Shown here piece by piece: positions 47,363 through 56,584 of a DNA stretch of 56,584 nucleotides. A model generated the notes under the pieces. That model saw nothing but the letters and a program-made list of their open reading frames with translations, did no database searches and was not told the origin of the DNA. Where the stretch lies: positions 1-56,584 of the forward strand of contig DYLD01000002.1 in assembly GCA_020722315.1 (NCBI GenBank), written 5' to 3'. The DNA is from Syntrophus aciditrophicus. Its GTDB lineage: Bacteria > Desulfobacterota > Syntrophia > Syntrophales > UBA5619. The position numbers and the translations under genes were made by a program. The first letter of the stretch is position 1; each line of letters opens with the position of its first letter.

Positions 47363-48573
47363 TAGTTCAGAAATACGGCGGAACCTCCGTCGCTAACCTT
47401 GACAGGATTGCCAATGTCGCAAAAAACGTTATCCGTGTAAAAGAAGAAGGAAACCAGGTTGCCGTTGTGCTCTCGGCAATGTCGGGAGAGACGGATCGTC
47501 TGATCCAGCTTGCTCAGAAAGCCGCCCCGGACCCTGATCTGAGAGAGTACGATGCCCTGATTTCAACCGGCGAGCAGGTTACCGTAAGCCTTCTGGCGAT
47601 CATGCTCAACGGCATGGGTTATAAAGCGAAATCCTTTCTGGGGTTTCAGGTTCCTGTTTTGACCGATCGCGCGTACAGCAAGGCACGGATACAAACTGTT
47701 AAAAAAAACCTTGTTCTTCGCGAACTGAAAAAGGGTACGATTGTCATTATGGCCGGTTTCCAGGGTGTGGATAATGAAAACAACATCACGACGCTCGGAA
47801 GGGGCGGTTCCGACACCAGTGCGGTTGCCTTGGCTGCGGCACTGAAGGCGGATGTCTGCGACATCTATACGGACGTGGATGGCGTGTATACAACAGACCC
47901 GAACATCTACGACAAGGCAAGGAGGCTTGATCATATTACATACGATGAAATGCTGGAAATGGCCCGGGCAGGGGCCAAGGTTCTTGCCCCCCGTTCCGTG
48001 GAGCTTGCAAAGAATTACAATGTCCCTGTTTATGTCAAATCATCTTTTTCAAGTGAAGGAGGAACCCTGGTGACAAAAGAGACGAAAAACATGGAGAAAG
48101 AGATCGTATCCGGCGTAACGTATGACCGCGATCAGGCAAAGGTGACGGTGATACACGTACCTGACCGTCCCGGCATAGCAGCGCAGATATTTGCTCCGCT
48201 GGCTAAAAACAATATCATGGTTGACATGATCATTCAGAATGTCAGCATTCATGGGTTTACCGATCTTACCTTTACCGTTTCGAAGAAAGAAGTAAACGAG
48301 GTCAAACGCCTCATAACCAGGGCAGCCAAGGATGTGGGTGCCGACAAGGTGGAGGTGGACGACAACGTCGCGAAGGTTTCCGTCATAGGCGTGGGCATGA
48401 TAAGCCATTCGGGGGTTGCCGCAAAGATTTTTGAGGCCCTGTTTAAGGAAAATATCAACATCATGATGATCAGCACCTCCGAAATCAAAGTATCCTGCAT
48501 CGTAGAGGCCAAATACACCCAGCTTGCCGTTACGGCTATCCATGAGGCGTTCGGCCTTGACAGAGGGCGCTGA
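47353..48573 (+). CDS. lysC: Aspartate kinase
   Basis: VQKYGGTSV N-terminus. AAK domain plus two C-terminal ACT domains. 406 aa. Confidence 0.93.
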   Translation: MALIVQKYGGTSVANLDRIANVAKNVIRVKEEGNQVAVVLSAMSGETDRLIQLAQKAAPDPDLREYDALISTGEQVTVSLLAIMLNGMGYKAKSFLGFQVPVLTDRAYSKARIQTVKKNLVLRELKKGTIVIMAGFQGVDNENNITTLGRGGSDTSAVALAAALKADVCDIYTDVDGVYTTDPNIYDKARRLDHITYDEMLEMARAGAKVLAPRSVELAKNYNVPVYVKSSFSSEGGTLVTKETKNMEKEIVSGVTYDRDQAKVTVIHVPDRPGIAAQIFAPLAKNNIMVDMIIQNVSIHGFTDLTFTVSKKEVNEVKRLITRAAKDVGADKVEVDDNVAKVSVIGVGMISHSGVAAKIFEALFKENINIMMISTSEIKVSCIVEAKYTQLAVTAIHEAFGLDRGR

Positions 48574-48574
48574 G

Positions 48575-49138
48575 ATGTCGCTTCTGCAACGTCAAAACCT
48601 TGGGATTCTGGTCGTATTGGCGTTATCACTTATTGTTTATGAGCTGTCCTATTGGGATGCGAAACACCCGGCCAAAGCAAATGTTCTTCGATACGGAATA
48701 CAGACACCGAACAGCATCGCTGTCGAGTTGCAGGGAATCAAAGAGCCCGGTATATACTTTCTGGACCCGGGGATGACCTTTCAGAATGTCATAGATATCG
48801 CCGGAGCGCGGCCATCTGCACACAAAAACGGCTTCGACTCCACTGAGCTTCATAGTGGGGATTGTTTTGGTTTTTTTGGCAAAGGCACTTTCGTCAAGCG
48901 GGAAATGTCAACTGCTGTAAGGCTTGCATTGGGACTGCCCGTTGACATTAACCGTCTTTCGCTGGATGATCTGACTCTGGTTCCCGGGATTGGGGAAAGC
49001 CTGGCGGTCCAAATTATTCGGTTACGGGTTGAACACAACGGCTTTTCAAGCCTGGACGAACTTAAGGAGATACGGGGGATAAAAGACAGAAAGTTGAACA
49101 AGCTCAAGGGATACCTCTACGCGGGTGCAGTCCACTGA
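48575..49138 (+). CDS. comEA: ComEA-family helix-hairpin-helix DNA-binding protein
   Basis: Start at ATG 48575. N-terminal TM helix. C-terminal HhH (LVPGIGESLAVQII...LDELKEIRGIKDRKLNKL). Confidence 0.75.
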   Translation: MSLLQRQNLGILVVLALSLIVYELSYWDAKHPAKANVLRYGIQTPNSIAVELQGIKEPGIYFLDPGMTFQNVIDIAGARPSAHKNGFDSTELHSGDCFGFFGKGTFVKREMSTAVRLALGLPVDINRLSLDDLTLVPGIGESLAVQIIRLRVEHNGFSSLDELKEIRGIKDRKLNKLKGYLYAGAVH

Positions 49139-49183
49139 ACATCTCGCCCGGCCTTTTAAAAATATCTGCAGGAGACAAAATCG

Positions 49184-49804
49184 CTATTTGGTTTCGTTTC
49201 GGTACTGTTTCCAATAATGGATCACCCTTTTTACGTAATTTCTGGTTTCCGGGTACGGCGGGATCATATTGTTATAGCGCATGACAGTATTTTCCCCCGC
49301 GTTGTAGGCGGCCAGAACAAGGGGTAAATCGCCATCGAACAATCGAAAAAGGTAGCGCAGATAACGGACACCTCCTTCGATATTTTTTTCGGGATGAAAA
49401 GAGTCGGTGACTTCAAGAGAGGCGGCAGTGGAAGGCATAAGCTGCATGAGTCCCTTTGCGCCGACAGGCGAGACCGCTTTGTTGTTAAAATTTGATTCCG
49501 CTTTGATGATTGCTTTAACCAGCGTTGCATCCATGTTGTATTTTTTTGATATCCGTTCTATCAGGCCATCATAAACTGAAATTTGTCGGGCTATTTTGAA
49601 GGCAACCCTTCTTTCCTTCATAACCAGAACGTACGGTACATTGGCTTGGGTCGGAATGTTGGTTATGTGAATGACTCCCTGTTCATCGGTATAACTGTAA
49701 ATATCGGCATCGGCAACAGACACGATCCATAGCGATATGACCAGAAGCAAAAAGGGCAGCCACTCTTTTTTAAAAATCAGTTTTCGCGTATTGAATATCT
49801 CCAT
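49184..49804 (-). CDS. Lytic transglycosylase (SLT domain) protein
   Basis: Signal/TM N-terminus. SLT motifs AESNFNNKAVSPVGAKGLMQLMPSTA and AAYNAG. Confidence 0.85.
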   Translation of the reverse strand: MEIFNTRKLIFKKEWLPFLLLVISLWIVSVADADIYSYTDEQGVIHITNIPTQANVPYVLVMKERRVAFKIARQISVYDGLIERISKKYNMDATLVKAIIKAESNFNNKAVSPVGAKGLMQLMPSTAASLEVTDSFHPEKNIEGGVRYLRYLFRLFDGDLPLVLAAYNAGENTVMRYNNMIPPYPETRNYVKRVIHYWKQYRNETK

Positions 49805-50012
49805 GACATAAAAAGTGGATCAACAGCCCAAAGAGCTATCCTTTTGTAAAGTCTTTACAAGACATTAGGATGGCTGTCAATATTTTTGTCGGTACGGGGT
49901 TTGGAAACCTTCCCTGCTCATTCGCCGGGACTCAGTAAAGATTCCACCAGTAAATGCATCTGTTGCATCCCGCTCGGAGCGTTTTGTCAGAACCCCTCTA
50001 CCTTGCAGACCC

Positions 50013-50202
50013 GAGAGGTTTGAAAGATGCCACCTTCGGGCTGATGAAATCCGCAACGTCTCGCCGCGGCTGCAATGGCTAAATGCTCCGGGATTGTTCG
50101 CGTTTTTAATATCTTTACAACCTTGCTGGCGACGGTGGGGTGCCCAGAAAAAGCTTTTAACTCACACTTCAGGAAGCATTTTCCGCCAGTTGTGCAAAGC
50201 TC
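50013..50202 (+). repeat. MITE-like foldback repeat, diverged full-length copy G
   Basis: GAGAGGTTTGAAAGATGCCACCTTCGGGCTGATGAAATCCGCAACGTCTCGCCGCGGCTGCAATGGCTAAATGCTC...CAGTTGTGCAAAGCTC. Collinear with copy B. Confidence 0.75.
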
Positions 50203-50307
50203 CCGTTGGGTCTCTGGATCATTCCGGTTGTTTGGACTATAATTTTTGAAGGGCCTTGACAGAGCATATTTATGATGTTAAGTGCGAAGCGTTATACTAG
50301 TAAACGT

Positions 50308-50384
50308 CGGGGCGTGGCGCAGTCTGGTAGCGTATCTGAATGGGGTTCAGAGGGCCGGTGGTTCAAATCCACTCGCCCCGACCA
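50308..50384 (+). tRNA. tRNA-Pro (anticodon GGG)
   Basis: Cloverleaf by hand: acceptor CGGGGCG/CGCCCCG, anticodon arm TCTGA-ATGGGGT-TCAGA, T-arm GGTGG-TTCAAAT-CCACT, encoded CCA. Confidence 0.9.
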
Positions 50385-50393
50385 ATTTTAATT

Positions 50394-50418
50394 AAACCGC
50401 CGAGAGGGCGGTTTTTTT
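50394..50418 (+). terminator. Rho-independent terminator after tRNA-Pro
   Basis: AAACCGCC-gagag-GGCGGTTT: 8-bp stem whose 3' arm runs into T7 (50412-50418). Confidence 0.75.
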
Positions 50419-50441
50419 AGTTATCGATTACATTGGATTTG

Positions 50442-50470
50442 TTGACATTAAAGGCACAAATGAATATAAA
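50442..50470 (+). promoter_or_regulatory. Candidate sigma70 promoter for tRNA-Leu (and probably tig-clpP-clpX)
   Basis: TTGACA (50442-50447), 17-nt spacer, TATAAA (50465-50470). The tRNA starts at 50485. Confidence 0.5.
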
Positions 50471-50484
50471 AGGACCGCAAGATT

Positions 50485-50573
50485 GCGAGGGTGGCGGAAT
50501 TGGCAGACGCACTGGACTTAGGATCCAGCCCGTTGAAAGGCGGATAGGGGTTCAAATCCCCTCTCTCGCACCA
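50485..50573 (+). tRNA. tRNA-Leu (anticodon UAG), long variable arm
   Basis: Acceptor GCGAGGG/CTCTCGC (one G-U), anticodon arm CTGGA-CTTAGGA-TCCAG, long variable arm, T-arm AGGGG-TTCAAAT-CCCCT, encoded CCA. Confidence 0.9.
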
Positions 50574-50597
50574 GGAAAATAGATTTTTATTGGGGAG

Positions 50598-51938
50598 ATG
50601 ATAACTGTGAGCGAATCGGTAGAGCCCTGCATTGAAAATGTCAACCCGGTCAAGAAACGGATCTCTTTCGATGTTCCATGGGAAGCTGTAAAGAGCGAAT
50701 TGGACGATGCTTACCATAGGGTCGGAAAAACAGCCAAGCTTAAGGGCTTCCGATCAGGTAAGATACCGCGAAACATATTGGAAAAATATTACAGTAAGGC
50801 TGTTGAGACTGAAACTGTTTCGAACCTAATCAATCGCCATTACTGGGACGCAATCAGAAAAAATAAAATACCGGTCGTCAGCCAGCCGGTGATAGAACAC
50901 CGTACGATAGAGTCGGAAAAGAGCTTTACATTTACAGCAACGGTTGAAGTTGAACCCGACATAGACCCGGTCGGTTATACGGGGCTTGACCTTGAGAAAC
51001 CGATTCCCGTGGTTACTGATGCGGAAGTTGATGCAAGCCTGGAGCAGATGCGACAGATGTTTGCTGTTCTGGAGAATGTCGAGGAAGAAAGAGGGATTCA
51101 AACCGGAGATTTTGTTACAATCAATTTTGAAGGGTCAGTGGAAGGAAAGAAGCTTCCGGAACTCAAGGCGGAAAACTTCCTTTTAGGAATAGGTACAAAA
51201 ACCTTTATTCCCGGATTTGAGGAACAATTGCTTGGCCTGAACAAAGGAGGGACAAAGGATATCGTGGTCCGTTTTCCGGACGATTATCACATTTCTCATC
51301 TAAGGGGGAAAGATGCGGAATTTTCCGTCGAGATAAAGGACCTCCGGGTTAAAAAAGTGCCCGAAATTGATGATGATTTCTTAAATAATTTCGATAAATA
51401 TCAATCAATCCAGGATCTTCGGAATGCGGTAAAACAAAGAATAGAAGAAGAAAAAAAGAAGCGCTTTCAGGTTGCCTTTGAAAAAAGTGTCAGCAATAAA
51501 CTGCTCGAGAAGAATGTTTTTGAAGCGCCGGAGGTTTTTGTTGAACGTCAGATTGCTTATATGCTTGACGATGCGAAAAACAGGATGGTTTCAGAGGGAA
51601 TGGATGTCAAAAAGGCAGAAGAATTATTGACGGGCCTGCATGATCAATTCCGGGATGAGGCGATTAAAATCGTAAAGACCTCTATTTTGTTGGATCGGAT
51701 TGCGCGCAAGGAATCCATCACGGCTCATGATGAGGAAGTGGAGAACAGGATAAAAGAATTCGCGATGCAACAATCTCAGGATTATGAAACCCTTAGAAAG
51801 TCGATGGAAAAGGATGGCTTGATAGAAAACGTCCGTAGCGAGATTGTTAATTTGAAAACCTACGAGTTCATCGAGGCTCATGCAAATCTTACTTTGCGGG
51901 AACTTGAAAAGGTTGAGATCGGAGGGTCGGAAAAATGA
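50598..51938 (+). CDS. tig: Trigger factor
   Basis: 446 aa with trigger-factor architecture (N-terminal ribosome-binding GFRxGKxP-like [12 protein letters not shown] PPIase, C-terminal domain). In-frame GTG 50607 has better spacing to GGGGAG (50592-50597) than ATG 50598. Confidence 0.95.
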   Translation: MITVSESVEPCIENVNPVKKRISFDVPWEAVKSELDDAYHRVGKTAKLKGFRSGKIPRNILEKYYSKAVETETVSNLINRHYWDAIRKNKIPVVSQPVIEHRTIESEKSFTFTATVEVEPDIDPVGYTGLDLEKPIPVVTDAEVDASLEQMRQMFAVLENVEEERGIQTGDFVTINFEGSVEGKKLPELKAENFLLGIGTKTFIPGFEEQLLGLNKGGTKDIVVRFPDDYHISHLRGKDAEFSVEIKDLRVKKVPEIDDDFLNNFDKYQSIQDLRNAVKQRIEEEKKKRFQVAFEKSVSNKLLEKNVFEAPEVFVERQIAYMLDDAKNRMVSEGMDVKKAEELLTGLHDQFRDEAIKIVKTSILLDRIARKESITAHDEEVENRIKEFAMQQSQDYETLRKSMEKDGLIENVRSEIVNLKTYEFIEAHANLTLRELEKVEIGGSEK

Positions 51939-52519
51939 GCCTGATACCAATCGTTGTCGAACAGGATGGTCGTGGCGAGAGAGCATTCGATATTTATTCG
52001 AGGCTTCTGAGGGATAGGATCATATTTCTCGGCACCGCAATTGATGATGATATTGCCAATCTGATCATAGCCCAGATGCTCTTTCTTGAATCGGACGATC
52101 CCGATAAAGATATCTTTTTGTATTTAAACACACCCGGAGGCAGTGTAAGTGCCGGTATGGCAATTTACGATACGATTCAATACATCAAACCTGCGGTCAA
52201 TACGGTCTGCATGGGGCAGGCGGCCAGTATGGGCGCCCTTCTTCTTGCGGCAGGGGAAAAAGGGAAAAGGTATGCTCTCCCCCATTCCCGGATCATGATT
52301 CATCAACCTCTCGGCGGGTTCCAGGGGCAGGCCACGGATATTGGTATTCAGGCGCGCGAAATTCTCAGGCTCAAAGAGGAGCTTAATAAGATTCTTTCCC
52401 TTTTGACCGGGCAATCCCTTGAGAAAATTACAGCCGATACCGACAGGGATTATTATATGTCGGGCGAAGATGCAGTTCAATATGGAATCGTTGATGAAGT
52501 CATCGTAAAGAGGGTTTGA
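51935..52519 (+). CDS. clpP: ATP-dependent Clp protease proteolytic subunit
   Basis: GQAASMGA active-site Ser context and IMIHQP. 194 aa. The start overlaps the tig stop (ATGA). Confidence 0.97.
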   Translation: MSLIPIVVEQDGRGERAFDIYSRLLRDRIIFLGTAIDDDIANLIIAQMLFLESDDPDKDIFLYLNTPGGSVSAGMAIYDTIQYIKPAVNTVCMGQAASMGALLLAAGEKGKRYALPHSRIMIHQPLGGFQGQATDIGIQAREILRLKEELNKILSLLTGQSLEKITADTDRDYYMSGEDAVQYGIVDEVIVKRV

Positions 52520-52544
52520 CCGGGTGTATTTGTGAGGTCTTGAA

Positions 52545-53807
52545 ATGACGAAGAGACAAAAAATTTCTGGTGAGGAAAAGGGACTGCTTTACTGTTCTTT
52601 CTGCGGCAAGAGCCAGAATGAGGTCAAAAAGTTGATCGCGGGACCTAACAATGTATATATATGTGATGAATGTGTTGACCTCTGTCGCTCCATTATCGAG
52701 GAAGACAGACAAAAAGAGCAGGGAACACTGACCGGAGGTATACCGGAACCGAAGGATATAGCGAAGTTTCTTGATCGATATGTTATCGGTCAGACAAGAA
52801 CAAAAAGGATCCTTTCCGTTGCGGTTTATAACCATTACCGCAGAGTCCTTACCAATATCGATACAGGGGATGTCGAAATCCAGAAGAGCAATATTCTTCT
52901 TATCGGACCCACAGGGTCAGGCAAAACCCTTCTGGCGAAAACGCTGGCAAAAATGCTTAATGTTCCCTTCACGATTGCCGATGCCACGACACTTACCGAA
53001 GCCGGATATGTAGGAGAGGACGTAGAAAACATCATTCTAAGTCTCTTACAGAATGCCGATTATGATGTCGAAAAGGCATCGCGGGGAATTGTATACATTG
53101 ATGAGATAGATAAGATTGCAAAGAAGTCCGGCAATCCCTCCATAACTCGCGATGTTTCAGGAGAAGGTGTCCAGCAGGCACTTCTCAAGATCATTGAGGG
53201 AACTCTGGCGAGTATTCCGCCCAAGGGTGGCAGAAAACATCCCCAGCAGGAGTTTATTCAGGTAGATACGACGAACATCCTTTTTATTTGCGGCGGTGCC
53301 TTTTCCGATCTTGATGATATCATTTCTCATCGGATAGGAGCCAGTTCTATGGGTTTTGGCTCGGAAATCCGCAGTAAAGACAATAAAGACAAAGATAAAT
53401 TGCTCGAAAGGGTGCAACCCGAAGATTTACTCAAATTTGGACTGATTCCTGAATTTATCGGCCGTTTACCGGTGATCTCTACTCTTAGAGAATTAACGCA
53501 TGATGACCTTATCCGTATCCTTTTGGAACCCAAGGATGCTCTTGTAAAACAGTACCAAAAGCTTTTTGAGCTTGAGGGGGTGAAACTGAAGTTTACAGAT
53601 GGCGCGCTCAAAGCGATTGCTGATCTTGCATTGGAGAGAAAGTCAGGTGCACGGGGTTTACGGGCCATCATGGAGAATACACTGCTTGATATTATGTACG
53701 ATCTTCCTTCCCGGAATGATGTCAAGGAGTGTGTTGTTAACGAGGAAGTGGTACTGAAAAATGAAAAACCCCTTCTTCTTCTCCAGAAGAAGTCGGAAAC
53801 TGCCTGA
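52545..53807 (+). CDS. clpX: ATP-dependent Clp protease ATP-binding subunit ClpX
   Basis: Zinc-binding CSFCGK...CDEC and GPTGSGKT Walker A. 420 aa. Confidence 0.97.
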   Translation: MTKRQKISGEEKGLLYCSFCGKSQNEVKKLIAGPNNVYICDECVDLCRSIIEEDRQKEQGTLTGGIPEPKDIAKFLDRYVIGQTRTKRILSVAVYNHYRRVLTNIDTGDVEIQKSNILLIGPTGSGKTLLAKTLAKMLNVPFTIADATTLTEAGYVGEDVENIILSLLQNADYDVEKASRGIVYIDEIDKIAKKSGNPSITRDVSGEGVQQALLKIIEGTLASIPPKGGRKHPQQEFIQVDTTNILFICGGAFSDLDDIISHRIGASSMGFGSEIRSKDNKDKDKLLERVQPEDLLKFGLIPEFIGRLPVISTLRELTHDDLIRILLEPKDALVKQYQKLFELEGVKLKFTDGALKAIADLALERKSGARGLRAIMENTLLDIMYDLPSRNDVKECVVNEEVVLKNEKPLLLLQKKSETA

Positions 53808-53954
53808 TGATGCCTTTGTCGCTCCATTGCTGGCAGGGAACGCATGGATAAAGAGAGAAATATTGTTTCTGGTGTTTCTTTTGGATCTGAAAATCCTGAA
53901 GGTTTTTATAGACTGAAGATAAAAGCTTAACACTATAATATTAATGGGAAATAA

Positions 53955-56402
53955 ATGACGGGTGATAAAGAAACAAAGGAATTAAAGGCGGCTGTTGTGG
54001 AGATGCCGTTGTTGCCCCTTCGGGATGTGGTGGTTTTTCCGCATATGATCGTCCCGTTATTTGTGGGGAGAGAGAAGTCTATAGCTGCACTCGAGTCCGC
54101 AATGAAGGAGGAAAAGGGGATATTCCTGGTCGCGCAGAAGAACGCGCAAAAGGATGATCCCGATGAAGATGATATCTATCAGGTCGGAACGGTGGGAATC
54201 ATCATACAGTTACTGCGCCTTCCCGATGGTACGGTTAAGGTCTTGGTTGAAGGGAAAAAACGCGGAATCATCAGTGAATATGTGTTTTCTCAGGAGTATT
54301 TCCTTGTTCGAGTGACCGAACTTGAGGATACCGGGGAACAAGATGTCTTAAAAATCAAGGCCCTTATGAGGAGTATTGGCGAAGCGTTTGAAACGTACGC
54401 TAAACTCACGAAGAAAATTCAAGTAGAGGTTGTTGGGACAATATCATCTATCAATGATCCATCGAAACTTACTGATATCGTTATTTCCCAGATAAATGTC
54501 AAATTGGAGGAGAAGCAGAGGATTCTTGAAATCAACGATGTTTCCGAGCGGATGGAAGCTGTCTATAAACTGATGCTTTCCGAGATTGAAATCCTGGAGG
54601 TTGAGGAAAAGATAAAAAGACGCGTCAAAAAGCAAATGGAGAAAACCCAGAAAGACTATTACCTCAATGAACAAATGCGGGCCATTCAGAAGGAAATGGG
54701 TGAAAAGGATGATTTTAAGAATGAAATTCTTGAACTGGAGAAGAGACTGAAGCAGAAGAAACTATCTGAGGAAGCCGGCAAGAAGGTTAAGCAGGAAATC
54801 AAAAAATTGCAGATGATGGCGCCGATGTCCGCCGAGGCTACGGTTGTAAGAAATTACATAGACTGGCTGCTGGACATGCCATGGGCTGAAAAATCGGAAA
54901 ATAACTATACGTTGAAAGAATCGGAGGCAATCCTCGAAGAGGATCATTACGGTCTTAAGAAGGTTAAGGAGAGAATTATCGAGTACCTCGCGGTTCAGTC
55001 CCTGGTGAAAAAGAATAAGGGCTCTATCCTGTGTTTGGTTGGCCCTCCCGGGGTGGGGAAGACATCCATAGCCAGATCGGTTGCGAGAGCGACAAACAGG
55101 AAATTCGTAAGGTTCTCTTTAGGCGGTATACGTGATGAAGCCGAAATCAGGGGGCACAGGCGCACCTATATCGGTGCAATGCCCGGAAAAATTATCCAGC
55201 TTATAAAGAAAGCTGGTACCAACAACCCGGTATGCTGCCTAGATGAGGTGGATAAGTTGAGTTCTGATTTTCGCGGTGACCCGTCTGCGGCGCTCCTTGA
55301 GGTACTTGACCCCGAGCAAAACAGCTCTTTCAACGATAATTACCTTGAAGTTGATTATGATCTTTCCGATGTGATGTTCATTACCACGGCGAATGTGCTG
55401 CAGACCATTCCTCCACCCCTTCAGGACAGAATGGAGGTTATACGTATCGCCGGTTATACCGAACCGGAGAAACTCAACATTGCAAGCAAATTTCTTATAC
55501 CCAAGATTCTTGAAGCCAATGGCCTGACGAAAGAAAACGTCGTTTTTACCGAAGGAGCTCTGTTAACTATCATCCGCCAGTACACACGCGAGGCCGGAGT
55601 CCGCAATCTCGACAGGGAAATATCCTCGATTTGTCGAAAGGTTGCAAAAAAAATCGTTGAGAATGGCAGTAAGGCAGCCGTAAAAATATCGTCCAGGGCC
55701 GTTCAGAAGTATCTCGGCGTTCCTAAATTCAGAGAAAATGAAACAGAAGGAATGGACAGGGTCGGGCTGACGATTGGTCTTGCGTGGACCGAAGTCGGCG
55801 GGGAACTACTGACGCTGGAGGCAAGCGTAATGAAAGGATCCGGTAAAATGATCCTTACCGGTAAACTAGGGGATGTCATGCAGGAATCCGCTCAGGCGGC
55901 TCTGACCTATGTGCGTGCCAGGTCGAAGGAGTTCGGATTACCCGATGCTTTTTATAAGGATACGGACATTCATGTCCATGTTCCTGAGGGAGCGATTCCA
56001 AAGGATGGGCCATCTGCGGGTATTGCGATGGCAACCTCTATCGCGTCCGCATTGACATCGCGCAAGGTACGGGGCGATGTAGCGATGACCGGCGAGATCA
56101 CTCTCAGGGGAAGAGTCTTACCTATAGGGGGGCTCAAGGAAAAACTCCTAGCCGCGCACAGAGCGGGCATAAAGAAGGTTATCATTCCCAAGGATAATGA
56201 AAAGGATTTAAGCGAGGTTCCCTCCAACGTGTTAAAATCCTTTGAAATCATTTTTGTGCAACATGTTGATGAAGTCTTGAACATTGCATTGCTGCCTAAA
56301 GAAAAGATTCAGGAAGAACTTGAGGGTAATGATTCATCCGTCGGCCGTTTTGTGGAAGGGCCGACGGATGCAAATCCCTACCATGCCCTTTGCGTTATCT
56401 GA
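53955..56402 (+). CDS. lon: Endopeptidase La (Lon protease)
   Basis: LON N-domain, GPPGVGKTS Walker A and catalytic PKDGPSAG. 815 aa. Confidence 0.97.
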   Translation: MTGDKETKELKAAVVEMPLLPLRDVVVFPHMIVPLFVGREKSIAALESAMKEEKGIFLVAQKNAQKDDPDEDDIYQVGTVGIIIQLLRLPDGTVKVLVEGKKRGIISEYVFSQEYFLVRVTELEDTGEQDVLKIKALMRSIGEAFETYAKLTKKIQVEVVGTISSINDPSKLTDIVISQINVKLEEKQRILEINDVSERMEAVYKLMLSEIEILEVEEKIKRRVKKQMEKTQKDYYLNEQMRAIQKEMGEKDDFKNEILELEKRLKQKKLSEEAGKKVKQEIKKLQMMAPMSAEATVVRNYIDWLLDMPWAEKSENNYTLKESEAILEEDHYGLKKVKERIIEYLAVQSLVKKNKGSILCLVGPPGVGKTSIARSVARATNRKFVRFSLGGIRDEAEIRGHRRTYIGAMPGKIIQLIKKAGTNNPVCCLDEVDKLSSDFRGDPSAALLEVLDPEQNSSFNDNYLEVDYDLSDVMFITTANVLQTIPPPLQDRMEVIRIAGYTEPEKLNIASKFLIPKILEANGLTKENVVFTEGALLTIIRQYTREAGVRNLDREISSICRKVAKKIVENGSKAAVKISSRAVQKYLGVPKFRENETEGMDRVGLTIGLAWTEVGGELLTLEASVMKGSGKMILTGKLGDVMQESAQAALTYVRARSKEFGLPDAFYKDTDIHVHVPEGAIPKDGPSAGIAMATSIASALTSRKVRGDVAMTGEITLRGRVLPIGGLKEKLLAAHRAGIKKVIIPKDNEKDLSEVPSNVLKSFEIIFVQHVDEVLNIALLPKEKIQEELEGNDSSVGRFVEGPTDANPYHALCVI

Positions 56403-56420
56403 TTCTGGAACACATAGTTC

Positions 56421-56449
56421 TTGACAAGAAAAGGGTTCGTTGCTACAAA
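56421..56449 (+). promoter_or_regulatory. Candidate sigma70 promoter for tRNA-Val
   Basis: TTGACA (56421-56426), 17-nt spacer, TACAAA (56444-56449). The tRNA starts at 56471. Confidence 0.5.
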
Positions 56450-56470
56450 ACCCATGGTTGTTTGAGATAG

Positions 56471-56546
56471 GGGCGGGTAGCTCAGCTGGGAGAGCGCCAC
56501 GCTTACACCGTGGAAGTCACAGGTTCAAGTCCTGTTCCGCCTACCA
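56471..56546 (+). tRNA. tRNA-Val (anticodon UAC)
   Basis: Acceptor GGGCGGG/TCCGCCT (G-U at both ends), D-arm GCTC-AGCTGGGA-GAGC, anticodon arm CCACG-CTTACAC-CGTGG, T-arm ACAGG-TTCAAGT-CCTGT, encoded CCA. Confidence 0.9.
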
Positions 56547-56584
56547 TGGAAATAGCGATCTTCCACGAACCGCTTTCCAGCCTT

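Noticed and set aside
50215-50284. Promoter for tRNA-Pro
   Set aside because: Two mutually exclusive weak candidates exist (TGGATC-17-TATAAT at 50215-50243, and TTGACA-17-TAAGTG at 50256-50284). Neither is convincing enough to report as a feature.
50448-50717. 89-aa minus-strand ORF
   Set aside because: It overlaps tRNA-Leu and the tig 5' end on the opposite strand, so it is an artefact.

Overview
This is a 56.6-kb chromosomal segment of mid GC content (by eye), made up almost entirely of housekeeping genes in long co-directional runs. I support about 56 CDS and 3 tRNAs (Pro-GGG, Leu-UAG, Val-UAC).

Recognisable blocks:
- panB-panE
- mtaB-rnc-(Elp3-like radical SAM)-era
- pcm-nlpD
- carD-yacL-ispD-ispF-pgk-truA
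- mutL-miaA
- valS-nadC-birA-coaX-coaE
- bamD and a SurA-like PPIase
- tilS-ftsH-folP-acpS-tsaE-lysC-comEA
- tRNA-Pro, tRNA-Leu, tig-clpP-clpX-lon, tRNA-Val

BamD, the SurA-like PPIase, Slt and NlpD indicate a diderm. The NIL-ferredoxin, MoaE/MobA and radical-SAM content suggest an anaerobe, possibly Desulfobacterota/Syntrophia-like. That placement is inference only.

I found no CRISPR array, prophage, IS transposase, defence island or convincing novel multi-gene system.

The most unusual content is non-coding. A previously unannotated foldback (MITE-like) repeat family of about 190 bp occupies at least nine intergenic sites, with further solo-arm relics. Three copies have perfect 5-bp target-site duplications, and several copies end only 26-60 nt from a start codon.

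Secondary curiosities:
- a well-signalled 148-aa protein built from two gapless 41-aa Cys-containing modules with no family I can name
- an ORF-poor leader ending in a strong terminator hairpin directly upstream of panB
- an orphan NIL-ferredoxin whose 3' end overlaps a convergent gene
- a PIN/TRAM gene with no canonical start codon

All coordinates were read by hand. Repeat boundaries are approximate to within a few nt unless a target-site duplication is given.
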